Below, piece by piece: positions 40,246 through 51,200 of a stretch of DNA of 64,000 bases (its first letter is position 1; the number at the start of each line of letters is the position of its first letter). Source of the DNA: an uncultured Acidimicrobiales bacterium. GTDB lineage: Bacteria; Actinomycetota; Acidimicrobiia; Acidimicrobiales; UBA10347. Both the position numbers and the translations under genes were made by a program. The notes under the pieces are model-generated. The model was not told the DNA's origin. It did no database searches and saw only the letters and a program-made list of their open reading frames with translations. Location: contig CALSSD010000007.1 of the NCBI GenBank assembly GCA_943788915.1, positions 124,001 through 188,000 of the forward strand, given 5' to 3'.

Positions 40246-40620
40246 CGCGTTACAAGGTGACCTGTGACATAGGTCCTGCGATTTGGGCCACAAAATGCAG
40301 GACCTCACGGCGTGGCCGCCGTCTAGATACCTCCGAAACGCCACCCATTCAGCCGTCAACGCAGCGAAAAGAAAAACCGTCGACAGTCGGCTCGTGCGGA
40401 TCAGTTTGTTGCAAACGACGCCGCGTCGAACGCCAAGCTGTTCGGACTGGATGATGGGTCGCACTCGAGGATTGGCCCGATGTCGAATACGAACCCTACG
40501 GTGTGCCCCGGAATGGGAGTTTCCAGTCCCGCCTTGCCTTCGGGCTTTGTGGCGGTCCTCATGCCCAGATGAGCGCAGCGGTGACCGCAATCCCCTGAAA
40601 TCACTCGAGTTGGAGGAGTT

Positions 40621-41601
40621 ATGACCGGTCGGCGTGAAGCCAAGGAATGGGCGAAGGAGAATCTGATGGGACTGTTCTCCAGTCCGTCGGCGCCGTTCAC
40701 CCCGGATTTTGCGCTGGACGAGGCTGGTGTCGTCAGAAATGTCGAACGGGTGATCGCCGCCGGAGCCAGCGGCGTGGGTTTCGGTTTTCTCGACGCCTGG
40801 GGCCTCACCATCGCGCAGCGGAAACAGGTGATGGACCTGATCGCAGAGACGACAGGCGATCGAGTGATGTGTACCTTCTACACCGCCGACCACAGCGTTG
40901 CCGAGACGATTGACCTGAGCCTCCACGCCAGAGCGATCGGCGCGCAGGCGATCATCTTGTGGGTCCCCTATGAATGGGCGACGTCGCAGGACCTGATGCA
41001 TGATTATTTCGACTATGTCGCCCAAAAGGTAGACATGCCCATCATTGCGTTCAACACCCCCCATTCGGGCATGACCATGACGCATGAAACCATGGCTCGC
41101 ATCGCGAAAATTCCCAACGTCTGCGGCTTCAAGAACGCGATCAAGGATCCCCAACACACGATCCAGGCGATGGAGATGTTCGGTGATGAGATCGTGCTGT
41201 CCTACCCGTTCGAGGAGCAGCTGCTGGAGATGACTGTGCAGCACGGCCAGCAGGTGCTGATGGGATCGACCAGCGTGTATCTGATGCAAAGCCCGGAGCG
41301 GCAGCCGATCGTCGATTACCTCCGTCTCGCGCAGCAGGGTGACATAACGGGCGCGACCCACATACGCGACGAACTGGCGCCGCTGCGGGAGGTATGGGCC
41401 AGCATCTATGCGGTGTTGTGGGACGAAAAGAAGGCTGCGCATCCCATGGGCCTCATCAAATATTGGATGGATATTCTGGGCATGGCTGGTGGACCGATGG
41501 GACCTCCGATGCAGCAGCCCGACGAAGCCACCAAGGCATCGTTCCGGGAACGCCTGGATGCCGCAGGCTGGGAACAGCTTCTTTTCCCCAGCCGTTTCTG
41601 A
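40621..41601 (+). CDS. DapA/NAL-family (dihydrodipicolinate synthase-like) aldolase/hydratase
   Basis: APFTPDFALDEAG, MPIIAFNTP, Schiff-base Lys in VCGFKN. Lacks GTTGE. GGAGGAG RBS. Confidence 0.85.
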   Translation: MTGRREAKEWAKENLMGLFSSPSAPFTPDFALDEAGVVRNVERVIAAGASGVGFGFLDAWGLTIAQRKQVMDLIAETTGDRVMCTFYTADHSVAETIDLSLHARAIGAQAIILWVPYEWATSQDLMHDYFDYVAQKVDMPIIAFNTPHSGMTMTHETMARIAKIPNVCGFKNAIKDPQHTIQAMEMFGDEIVLSYPFEEQLLEMTVQHGQQVLMGSTSVYLMQSPERQPIVDYLRLAQQGDITGATHIRDELAPLREVWASIYAVLWDEKKAAHPMGLIKYWMDILGMAGGPMGPPMQQPDEATKASFRERLDAAGWEQLLFPSRF

Positions 41602-41660
41602 CAACATCAGAGTTTCCACATCCACGGTCGCAGACCGCGTGTGCATCAAAGGAGTGAACT

Positions 41661-42416
41661 GTGGAAGCGCTGAAAGACAAAACGGTCGTCGTGACAGGCG
41701 CGGCTGGCGGCATCGGCCGGGCGGTGGCCGAAGAGGCCGGGCATGCAGGTGCGCGGCTGGCGTTGGTCGATGCAGACGCAGCGCGTCTGGGTGAGACGGC
41801 CGCTGCGATCCGCTCCGCTGGGGCCGAGGTGCTGCCGTGCGTGGTGGACATGACCGATCGTGCAGCATGGCAAAAGTGCATCGATGACATCGCGGCCCAT
41901 TTCGGCGGGATCGATGTGCTGGTGAACAACGCCATTTGGGTCAAATACGAGCCGATGGCCGAGGTGCAAGAGGATGTCTACCGGCGCCAGATGGCGATCG
42001 GTGTCGACGCGGTCTACTGGGGCATACAGGCGGTCACTCCCCACATGCTCGCTCGGGGAGCTGGCAGTATCGTCAATATGACCTCGCCCGCATCGGTGCA
42101 CGGCATTCCCAATGGGTCGGTCTACGCGGCAGTCAAGGGTGCGATTTCTGCGTTGACGCGTCAGTGCGCGGTCGAATTGGGACAGAAAGGCATTCGAGTG
42201 AACGCGGTCGCTCCTGGACCAATGCCGACACCCGGCACAATGCGCGTCGTCGACCAGGAAGGCTGGAAGAAGCGCCTGGCGCGTAGCCCATTGGGTCGGC
42301 TGTCCACGCCAGAAGGCGTGGCCAGGGTCGTTGTTTTCCTCGCATCGGATGCGGCCGATTGCGTCAATGGCGACGTAATGTTCGTGGACGGCGGGCGCTC
42401 CATCTCAGCGATGTGA
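41661..42416 (+). CDS. SDR oxidoreductase
   Basis: TGAAGGIG, VNNA, YAAVK, RVNAVAPG. Confidence 0.94.
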   Translation: MEALKDKTVVVTGAAGGIGRAVAEEAGHAGARLALVDADAARLGETAAAIRSAGAEVLPCVVDMTDRAAWQKCIDDIAAHFGGIDVLVNNAIWVKYEPMAEVQEDVYRRQMAIGVDAVYWGIQAVTPHMLARGAGSIVNMTSPASVHGIPNGSVYAAVKGAISALTRQCAVELGQKGIRVNAVAPGPMPTPGTMRVVDQEGWKKRLARSPLGRLSTPEGVARVVVFLASDAADCVNGDVMFVDGGRSISAM

Positions 42417-42448
42417 TCCCTGGGGCCAGACATCGAGAGGACGTGCTA

Positions 42449-43321
42449 ATGCGCGAGAACCTGGAATTTCATTCACTGGACGGAACGCCGCTCGCAGCGT
42501 TTCTCCAAACTCCCGACAGCGGTAGCGGACCGTTTCCCGCAATCGTGCTCAGCCATGGTTTCGGCGCAGTCAAAGAAATGGCGCTCGATCAATACGCCGA
42601 TGTGTTCTGCGAAGCGGGCTTCGCCTGCCTCGTCTACGACCATCGCAACACCGGGTCGAGTGGAGGGGCACTGCGCGGCGAGATCGATCCGTGGCAGCAA
42701 ATTTCCGACATGCGCGACGCGATCACCTACGTGGGGAGCCGCTCCGAGGTCGATGCAGATCGCATTGGCCTGTGGGGCACCAGTTATTCCGGCGGTCACA
42801 GCCTGGTCGTAGCTGCAACTGACCAGCGGGTCAAATGTGTCGTGTCTGTGGTGCCGACCATCAGCGGGCACCAAAACACGATCCGGGCGCTCACAACCGT
42901 CGCCCACGCCGCCTTCCTTAGCGAGGTGAATGAGGAGCGGGCAGCCCGCCAACGCGGCGACGAGCCCCGGATGATTCCGATCTCAGTCGAAGGCACCGGA
43001 AGCTACGAATGGAGCAAGGTCGCAGGCGTCGGCACGACCTATGTCAATTCCTGCACACTGCTCAGCCGAGCCAACCGCAGCGCCTATGAGCCGGGCAGCT
43101 ATATCGCTGCCATCGCACCCACACCGTTGTTGATGGCATTGATGACACACGACACGACATGCCTGACCGATGTACAGCTCGAGGCTTACTCAACGGCGCA
43201 TGAACCGAAGCGACTCGAGATGTTTCCGGGTGGCCACTACGACCCCTACACCACACAGCTGACGGCCGTCGCGTCGGCGTCTCGCGACTGGTTCGAGACA
43301 TATTTGGGCAACAAGCAGTGA
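42449..43321 (+). CDS. Alpha/beta hydrolase (S15/CocE-like)
   Basis: SHGFGAVKEM, YDHRNTGSSGG, GTSYSGG, GGHYDPY. Confidence 0.88.
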   Translation: MRENLEFHSLDGTPLAAFLQTPDSGSGPFPAIVLSHGFGAVKEMALDQYADVFCEAGFACLVYDHRNTGSSGGALRGEIDPWQQISDMRDAITYVGSRSEVDADRIGLWGTSYSGGHSLVVAATDQRVKCVVSVVPTISGHQNTIRALTTVAHAAFLSEVNEERAARQRGDEPRMIPISVEGTGSYEWSKVAGVGTTYVNSCTLLSRANRSAYEPGSYIAAIAPTPLLMALMTHDTTCLTDVQLEAYSTAHEPKRLEMFPGGHYDPYTTQLTAVASASRDWFETYLGNKQ

Positions 43322-43337
43322 ACCTGGTATCCCCGCC

Positions 43338-44192
43338 GTGATCGGAAGCTTTGCGACAGTGATGGACCTGTTGGTCGAAGACGAGGACGTGTTCATTGGA
43401 CCGACGTTGCTCGACAGCGGGGTCCGAACCTATGGCGGACAACTCCTCGCCCAGTCATTGGGTGCGGCCGAACGAACCGTTTCCGATGACCGGGCCGTGC
43501 ACTCGACCCACTCGCACTTCGTGAAGGCCGCTGATGCCACCCAACCCATTAGGTACAGGGTCGATCGACTCCGAGACGGGCGCTCGTTCAGCCAGCGTCA
43601 GGTAGTCGCGCTCCAGGACGACGCGGAGGTGTTCCGGAGCCTGATCTCGTTCCACGTCCCCGAGGAGGGCCTGGAGTGGGAGGAGCCGATCACCATCGAG
43701 GTTGCCCCGCCAACCAGCGACCAGCCCTACACCGACTATGACGACCTCATGGAGTCGAGCCTGCCCGTCGATGAACGCCCGTGGGCCGGTCGGGTTCGCC
43801 CGATAGACGTCAGATGCATCAACACCATGAAGGCGCCGCAGGGTCAACCGGTGACCGAACCCCAGCGCATGTGGATACGGGTGCACGGCCAGCTGAGAGT
43901 CGATCGGGCCGTCCACAACGCGGGGCTCGCCTACCTCGCCGATACCGGGATGGGAGCTGTGATCTTGTTACCCCACGGTCATGACTGGCAAGACGAGCGA
44001 TTCACCGTCGCCAGCCTCGATCACGGCATGTGGTTTCACCGCCCCACCAGAGCGGACGAATGGCTGTACTTCGTCCAACGAGTCGAATCCACGTCGCGGG
44101 GCCGAGGCCTGGCGAGCGGCCGCTTCTATGACCTCGATGGCCATCTCGTCGCCACCTGTATGCAAGAAGGCCTGATGCGCCGGAACGGCTGA
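43338..44192 (+). CDS. tesB: Acyl-CoA thioesterase II
   Basis: YGGQLLAQSL, VHSTHSHF, RDGRSFS, ASLDHGMWFH, QEGL. Confidence 0.9.
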   Translation: MIGSFATVMDLLVEDEDVFIGPTLLDSGVRTYGGQLLAQSLGAAERTVSDDRAVHSTHSHFVKAADATQPIRYRVDRLRDGRSFSQRQVVALQDDAEVFRSLISFHVPEEGLEWEEPITIEVAPPTSDQPYTDYDDLMESSLPVDERPWAGRVRPIDVRCINTMKAPQGQPVTEPQRMWIRVHGQLRVDRAVHNAGLAYLADTGMGAVILLPHGHDWQDERFTVASLDHGMWFHRPTRADEWLYFVQRVESTSRGRGLASGRFYDLDGHLVATCMQEGLMRRNG

Positions 44193-44285
44193 CGCGGCGG
44201 TTCGAGCAAGAAGTTGTCCAGTGCCACTCCCCGTTGGAGAGCACCCTGCAGGCCTGACTAGTGTTCGGTCCATGACGAGACAGAC

Positions 44286-45113
44286 ATGACTATGGCCGAA
44301 CTGCAAAATGCAGGGGCCATCCCTGCCAAACGCATGGAAGGCCGGCGGGCGTTCGTCACCGGCGGTGGCAGCGGCATCGGCAAAGCGACGGCGATTCGGC
44401 TCGCTGCCGAGGGTGCCTCAGTTGCCATCGCAGACATTCGCGGCGATTCGGCCGCCGCAGTAGCAGCCGATATCGAAGCGGACGGCGGCACGGCGATAGG
44501 CGTGGAGACCGACATCGCCAGCGAAGCGAGTATCGAAGCCGGCGTCTCCGAAGCCGTGCGCGCATTCGGCGGACTCGACGCCGTGTTCGCGAATGCGGGC
44601 ACAGCGGGGTCAGGATGGCTCCACGAGACCACGCTCGACGACTGGGAAACAGTCATTCGCGTCAACCTCACCGGCACCTTCTTGACCGCGAAACACACCA
44701 TTCCCCACCTGCTCGCCAATGGCGGCGGCGCCATCGTGACCACCGGCTCGATCTCGTCGCAGATCATCGCGCTGGGTGGGGCCGCAGCGAGCTACGCCGC
44801 ATCCAAAGGCGGTGTTCTTCAGCTCACCAAGGCGATCGCCGTCGACTACGGGCCCCAAGGGATCCGAGCGAACTGCCTCTGCCCAGGAGTGGTCCGCACC
44901 AGGCTCGCCCATCATGTTCGAGCCGACACCGAGAACCACACCACCCCGGTTCCCGAAGGCGGCCAACTGCCTCGTCAGATGATTCAAACACCGATTCCAC
45001 GAGTCGGCACACCCGAGGAACAAGCAGCGGTCGCGGTGTTTCTGCTGTCCGACGAGGCTTCGTTCATGACCGCCAGCGCGGTGACGGTCGACGGCGGCTA
45101 CACCGCCGTCTGA
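44286..45113 (+). CDS. SDR oxidoreductase
   Basis: TGGGSGIG, ANAG, YAASK, VDGGYT. Confidence 0.94.
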   Translation: MTMAELQNAGAIPAKRMEGRRAFVTGGGSGIGKATAIRLAAEGASVAIADIRGDSAAAVAADIEADGGTAIGVETDIASEASIEAGVSEAVRAFGGLDAVFANAGTAGSGWLHETTLDDWETVIRVNLTGTFLTAKHTIPHLLANGGGAIVTTGSISSQIIALGGAAASYAASKGGVLQLTKAIAVDYGPQGIRANCLCPGVVRTRLAHHVRADTENHTTPVPEGGQLPRQMIQTPIPRVGTPEEQAAVAVFLLSDEASFMTASAVTVDGGYTAV

Positions 45114-45258
45114 CAGTTCTCCAGTAGATCGAAGCTCTCCACAATGTGATGCCCCATGGGGTGTGAGCAGACCTAGCCACGTCCCAAAACAAACAAAGCC
45201 AGCCGGTGCGGGCCAGCTCATTTCTTCGTGGCAGGGACAGGCCGTGTAGCCCAACCAG

Positions 45259-45294
45259 TGAACCTACGACCTTCGGATTATGAGTTCGACGAGC
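45259..45294 (-). repeat. tRNA-fMet fragment (direct repeat of 40155..40190)
   Basis: TGAACCTACGACCTTCGGATTATGAGttCGACGAGC matches the tRNA at 34 of 36 positions. Confidence 0.9.
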
Positions 45295-45298
45295 GCAG

Positions 45299-45658
45299 TC
45301 ATCCCGTGGCGATGCGCAGGATCACATAGAAAATGGCAATGGAGCCCATAATCACGGAGGGCAACCAGTCCTTCATCGCATCGTCAGCCTTCTGGTGATA
45401 ATAGGCCGCGCCAATCGTCATCCCGATCAGACCAACAGCCGCCAGTACACCAATGAGCGGCAGGTCCTGGTGAAGGCCAAGAAACACGCCAGCTCCGCCG
45501 AACACTTCGAGACCGCCGATCACCCGGAACAAACCAACGGGCAACCCGAGGTGTTCACGGGTTTTGGCCATTGGTTTGATGTCGACCAACTTGCCGATGC
45601 CGACCATCATGAATCCAACACCAAGCACCACAGCAACGATCACGTTCAGGACGTACAT
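45299..45658 (-). CDS. DoxX family membrane protein
   Basis: Four TM segments, GIGKL, IGGLEVFGGAG, GAAYYH. Confidence 0.85.
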   Translation of the reverse strand: MYVLNVIVAVVLGVGFMMVGIGKLVDIKPMAKTREHLGLPVGLFRVIGGLEVFGGAGVFLGLHQDLPLIGVLAAVGLIGMTIGAAYYHQKADDAMKDWLPSVIMGSIAIFYVILRIATG

Positions 45659-45732
45659 GCCGTTTCCTTCTCCGCTTCCTGCCATGCTTCGTTCTGGGCA
45701 CTCAGGTGAGGTCGGACCCCAGGTGTGAGCGG

Positions 45733-46248
45733 TTAGAGATAACCAGAGTCGGGAACAGCAGGACCCGAGTTGCGGGGCTGCTGCGCGCCTTGCGCTGGGG
45801 GTTGTCCACCGACTGCACGCTGCTGTTGCATCTGTGCCTGCATCATCATCATCTGCTGCTGCGCCATCTGAGCCTGGGCAGTGGCGGTTGCTTGCATGCC
45901 ACGAAGCAGGCCCTGGATCCAGCCGACAAGTTGTGCGTGAGCGACCCGCATCTCGCTCTCGCTGGGCGTGTCGCTGCCGCAACAGGCGTTGAACTCCAAG
46001 AGTTCTTCGTGCAGATCGTCGCTCAGGATCCCACCGAGCTCCTCGATCGTCTCCTGACGGATTTGATCAAGACGCATCAGCCCAGCATCGTCGGTCTCGG
46101 TGTCCTTGAGCTCGGTCAGCATTGTCTGCAACATGGTGCCGAGACGAATGAGCTTCGCCGGGTCGCTTACATCGGGCTGCTGATCAACCGACGGCGTTAG
46201 CGGGGCCTCGGCGACGAGTTCGGTCGTCGATTCGCTGGTATCACTCAT
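45733..46248 (-). CDS. bpa: Bacterial proteasome activator Bpa/PafE (DUF2587)
   Basis: PAKLIRLGTM...L..EL, PSESEMRVAHAQLVGWIQGL, C-terminal GYL. Confidence 0.9.
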   Translation of the reverse strand: MSDTSESTTELVAEAPLTPSVDQQPDVSDPAKLIRLGTMLQTMLTELKDTETDDAGLMRLDQIRQETIEELGGILSDDLHEELLEFNACCGSDTPSESEMRVAHAQLVGWIQGLLRGMQATATAQAQMAQQQMMMMQAQMQQQRAVGGQPPAQGAQQPRNSGPAVPDSGYL

Positions 46249-46336
46249 TGGGCCACTCTACGGGTTGACCGGTTGCGTCGCTGCGCAGGGTCCACCTGTC
46301 GGGTCGGCTCACAACACCCATGAACAAACACAACCA

Positions 46337-47449
46337 CTAGCGGTGCCTGATCAAGAACTCGACGATCGGTTCGATCTCATCAAACGCGGTGAGCACCTCG
46401 GCGTACGCCTTGCCCTCAGCTAAGTGCTGGAGGACCGGATAGATCGGCTTAACCGTCGTCCAGTAGTCGATGTCGAGAAACACCATGGGGCTCACCTTCC
46501 CGAACGACTCATAGTGGTTCTGGGTGGCGTCCTGGAAGACCTCTTGGATCGTGCCCGCGCTGCCGGGAGCAAACACCACACCAGCCAGGGCGATGGCTAA
46601 CAGGCCGTCTTCACGGATGCTGTTGGCGAAATATTTGGCAATCTCGGTGGCAAAAACGTTCGGGGGTTCGTGGCCGTAGTGCCAGGTCGGTACACCCAGG
46701 CTTGACCCGACCGCTGGTTCCGGTTGCGGCCATCGAGCCCGCACATCGAACGCCGCATCAAGCCACTCGCCAACCGGCTCAAAGGTTGCAGCCGTAGCGA
46801 GGACTTCCAACGCTTCGTCGAGTGCCTCGGGCGGATGGGCCGCCATCCATGCGCCGAAGTTCGCGGCTTCCATCGCGCCTGGCCCGCCGCCCGTGGCCAC
46901 GTAAAAACCGGCTGAGGTGAGCGCTCGGCCGAGATGGGCTACCTGGATGTACGCCTGGTCGGTTCGAGTCAAGCCGTGCCCGCCCATGATGGCTACGACC
47001 GAGTTCGAGCCGACATCGACCAGATGCTGATGCAGCGCATTGTCGATCGCATGATCATGGATACGTTCCGCGAGCGTGCCAACAACATGCATGTTCTCGG
47101 CGTTGCGTTTGTGCTCGTGATACGAAAGCGCATCGGGCGTGGCCTGGTAACTCTCGTGGTCGCCGACCACATAACCGGCATACAACTCGCTGGCGTCGTA
47201 GAGCCCGCCCCGGAAGCTATGGAACGGCAGAGTCTCCATTGCCGGAAACACACACGCCCCATGATCGTTCAGATACTCAAGCGCCGAAGCCTCGAGTCGG
47301 CAACCCAAGAAAAACGCACCTCGCACATCAGACTCGAACAGTCGCCAACTGCGCTCACGCAGATCCAGACCCTGGCATGCAATATTGGTCAGCGAACTGT
47401 GCCCATCCAGATACTCATCAAAGGCACCGAGCGACTCAAGTTCCATCAC
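46337..47449 (-). CDS. LOG/Rossmann-fold nucleotide-binding protein with N-terminal extension
   Basis: MGGHG, TGGGPGAMEAAN, PTWHYGHEPPN, NSIREDGL, PGSAGTIQEVF. Confidence 0.87.
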   Translation of the reverse strand: MMELESLGAFDEYLDGHSSLTNIACQGLDLRERSWRLFESDVRGAFFLGCRLEASALEYLNDHGACVFPAMETLPFHSFRGGLYDASELYAGYVVGDHESYQATPDALSYHEHKRNAENMHVVGTLAERIHDHAIDNALHQHLVDVGSNSVVAIMGGHGLTRTDQAYIQVAHLGRALTSAGFYVATGGGPGAMEAANFGAWMAAHPPEALDEALEVLATAATFEPVGEWLDAAFDVRARWPQPEPAVGSSLGVPTWHYGHEPPNVFATEIAKYFANSIREDGLLAIALAGVVFAPGSAGTIQEVFQDATQNHYESFGKVSPMVFLDIDYWTTVKPIYPVLQHLAEGKAYAEVLTAFDEIEPIVEFLIRHR

Positions 47450-47664
47450 GCAGTGCACGCTATCCCTGCCCGTCTAGGGTCTGTCCCCCTGGCTCTGCTG
47501 TCCCACCGGATGTGGTTGGGCACTGCACTCCAACTCGTGGCCTGGGACTGGCGTTGCCATCAGAAAAAGAGAAGAAGCACACGGCTCCGAGTGCCGTGTG
47601 CCTCAGTTGTCGAAGCTCTGCGTCTGAGTAATGGCGCAGGTCGACGGGGTTCCCGTGACGGGAG

Positions 47665-47922
47665 TTAGTTCTGAGCGCCGACTGCTTCGTCGGTCATCAG
47701 CCGGAAGGTCGTGAGCTGCGTCTTCCACCATTCGGTCTCGACTGCAGAGCGACCAGGAATGTTCTTTAGTGATTCTTCGATCACCGCTACCAGTTTCACA
47801 TCGTCGCCCGATGCGGAACGAAGGTCAAGCAAGCCGTCGATGACCCGGGAGTGACTCGTAAGTGCGCCGTCGAGCGACTCGAGCATGCGATCGATTTCGG
47901 ATTGGAGGATTGAATCAGTCAT
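47665..47922 (-). CDS. Small hypothetical helical protein
   Basis: 85-aa ORF with GGGAGAAG upstream and plausible codon usage. Contains VIDGLLDLR. Confidence 0.7.
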   Translation of the reverse strand: MTDSILQSEIDRMLESLDGALTSHSRVIDGLLDLRSASGDDVKLVAVIEESLKNIPGRSAVETEWWKTQLTTFRLMTDEAVGAQN

Positions 47923-48230
47923 GTGTGTGCACTTCTCCCTGTGTTTCTGCAAGGTTGCGTTGATCTTGTCTGAGAAAGAAACGCCTCTAGTAGCGAGAAC
48001 ATTCCCTTGAAGACCCTAAGTATGGGCCAGAATCCGCCGAAGTAGTGTGCCGATTCGCACTTGTTTCGTGTCGCAAATGCCACACATGGCCCAACTGCGG
48101 GGTTCTGGAGGTGTTGTCGGCGCTTTGACAGGTGACACACCCGGTTCGTCTGGCTCACAACCCGAACCGCTGACCGTGGAACACACGCCAAGTACGGGTG
48201 CCTTGGTTGTTGGCCGCCGTTGCCTTTGGA

Positions 48231-51200
48231 CTAGCCGCCGGCGTCGTCTGAATCCTCGGTGCTGGCGTCGTCGGCATCAGCGGCATCAGCGTCAGCAGTC
48301 AGCGCGTCAGCGGCGTCAGCGGCGGCCTCAGCCTCGGCGGCGGCGAGCACTCCTCGGGCTGCTTCGACCAGGGTTTGGTACTGACCGAGGTCGCCGTCCA
48401 ACAACGCGTTCTTGGCATCGTCGAGCAACTTCAGTGCTTCCTCGGCCGCGGGACCATCGCCGATAACGGGACCACCATCGGAACTCGGGGTGAAACTCGG
48501 GCTCGTCAAACGGTTGAACGACACATCGCCGACACAGGTCGCATCGTCGTCGCCATCTTGCAAACCACGAACCTCGACACCAAAGAGTGCACGGATCGAG
48601 TCGGCCATCGAATGACACATGACGACGCTGTCTGCGTGCGACACGATGACCCATTCAAGGTTCGGTTGTTTGGTACCAGTGGCGATCACGTACAGCGGGC
48701 GGACATAGATCAGCGAGTTTTCGATCGGCACCACGATCAGGTCGCCGAACTCGACCGACGAACCTTCGTCGCGGGCGTTCAGCAGCGAAATCTGACGGCT
48801 AACTTCTTCCTGGGACGTGATCTGTGATGCTACGAGACCAGGTCCCGGGGCTTCGTCGTCGCCACCGACGTTGGCGACTTCGTAGCTAACAAGACGGCCG
48901 TAGTCTTGGGCGCCGACTTCGCTTATGCCGACCATGAACGATTGCAATTCCTTGCGCTGATCATCAGCCGAGAACGGCACGAACGACCGGAAAATCACGA
49001 ACTCCTGTTTGGTGTCATCAGGCAACCGCAGCAAGCTGTAGTACGGGTCGACCCGGTCTTCGGAGGAAGATGAAACACCTTGGGCGTTGGTCGTTGAGGT
49101 GAGGTCTGCACCGAGCACGCCACCTGGATCCTGCGCAACGGCCCATTCGTCGCTGCCTTCGAGCAAGTCGGCAGTCTCATCGATATCGATGTGATACTTG
49201 GCCCACATGTTCGTCTGGATGGTGAAGATGTCTTCGGGGTAACGCAGATTGTCGAGCAGCGATTCGGGCATCTCGGTCATCGGGCGAAGCAGTTCAGGGA
49301 ACACCTTCTGCCAAGCAGCGATGATGGGATCCCCACTGTCGACCACGTACAGGATGACCGTGCCGTCATAGGCATCGACCGTGACCTTCACCGAATTACG
49401 GACGTAATTGAAGCCTGAACGCAGGCCGGACCCCGAACCCACATTGAGATTGTTGCGAGTCTGTGCGTATGGGTAGTTGCTGGTCGTGGTGTAGGCGTCG
49501 ACCACAAACAGGATGCGTCCGTCGACAACGACGGGGTAAGGATTGCGATCGAACTCGAGGAATGGCGCGACCTTCTCGACGCGATCACCAATATTGCGGT
49601 TCCACACAAATCGGCTGTCGTCTCGCACAAAGTCAGAGATCAGTGGATCAATGCTCTGAAAGCGCAACGCGAACATTGATCGACGCCAGAAGCTACCGGC
49701 GATCACACCGCCCTCACCTGCATAATTATGAGAGATCCGGGTGCTGCCATCGATCGAGTCGATCTCATCGCGGTCGGTATCGACAATGGCGTAGCCGTCC
49801 ATATTTTCGCCGTAGTAAATACGCGGCTGATCAATTGGCACGTCGTCTTCGATGTCGTTCTCAAGTGGCACGTCGCCGATTAAGAAGGTCGGCAAGCTAT
49901 CGCGGACGAGATTCGCCGGTGCAAGGGCCAAACCGTTGCCATGGGTGAAGCTGAGCACTTCGCTTTCCCAGCCGCTTTCCGGAATACCGGAGGGATTGAG
50001 CTCGCGGGCGCTAATCAGCACCTGGGTAGGCACACCGTCGATGACGTAACGATCGACGTCGAGTTCGCGATCATCGAACTGGAAGAACGAACGCTCGGCT
50101 TGCTGGAGAGCGAAGGTCTGGGCAGAGATATTTGGATCAAGCAGCGGCACTGCCGGCACATTGAGTTCACTGGTGGCGACATCTTGGCCAGTCAGGTCTT
50201 CGTCATATGTAAAGACCCGCTGGTCGACAGTCCCAAGGTCGAATGCGTTTTTGGTGGCCTCGATGTTGCGAGCCACGTACACGGCTTCTTTGGTCGTTTC
50301 GTCGGGATCAACCGAGAATCGCTGCACAACAATCGGGTAGATGCCACCCATGACGATCGAAACCAGCGCCCATAGGCCAACGGCGACTGCTGGCAGGCCC
50401 CAACCCTTGCGGCGAATGTTCACCACGAAGAGCACAACCGACAGCAGAGCGATCAGGATGAGCAGGTCCAGTACCGGCAACCGGGCCTTGGCATCGGTGT
50501 AACCAAGACCAGCGAACTTGCCGTCGGTTGAGTAGCTAAGCGCATACCGATCGAGCCAGTAGGTGAACGCCCGGATCAACGCCATCCCTGCCAATAGGAC
50601 CGACACATGGGCCTTGACCTGGGGTGTCACTCGTTCGTTCACGCTCTGGATACGGATACCACCAGCCAGATAATGCATGGCGATGGTCAGAACGAGTACG
50701 ACCATGAGTGCGGTGAACATCCAGCTGGCCAGAAAGTTCAGAAACGGCATGCGGAAGACGTAGAAGCTGATGTCTTTGCCGAACTGTGGGTCGTTCTGGC
50801 CGAAGTCGACGCTGTTGGTGAACAGCAGCCAGTTGCGCCATTGTGAGGCCGCGCCAGCGCCGATACTGATCGCGAAGAGTCCGGTGACGGCGAATCGGAC
50901 GAGCCCCCACCGTGACCCGATGACTTCTCGGAAGCGCATAACCGCTTCTTCTTCGGGGCTGGCTTCGCGGTACTGCGGCGCCAAACGGTCAGCGAGCCAC
51001 AGGTTCGTCCAACACAACACGGAGAACAAGGAAATGAAGATCACCGCAAGAATGATCTTGGACGCCAACACTTGGCCCCATACATCGCTGTAACCAATGG
51101 CGTCGAACCACAAGTAGTCGGTTACGAAGTTCGCGATGCCGCGCACCGACAACAACAGAGCGAATAGTCCAACGACTATGAAGGCCAAAAGACCCCGCGC

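Noticed and set aside
40213..45258. Autonomous mobile element or prophage
   Set aside because: No integrase, transposase, relaxase or phage gene within or beside the segment.
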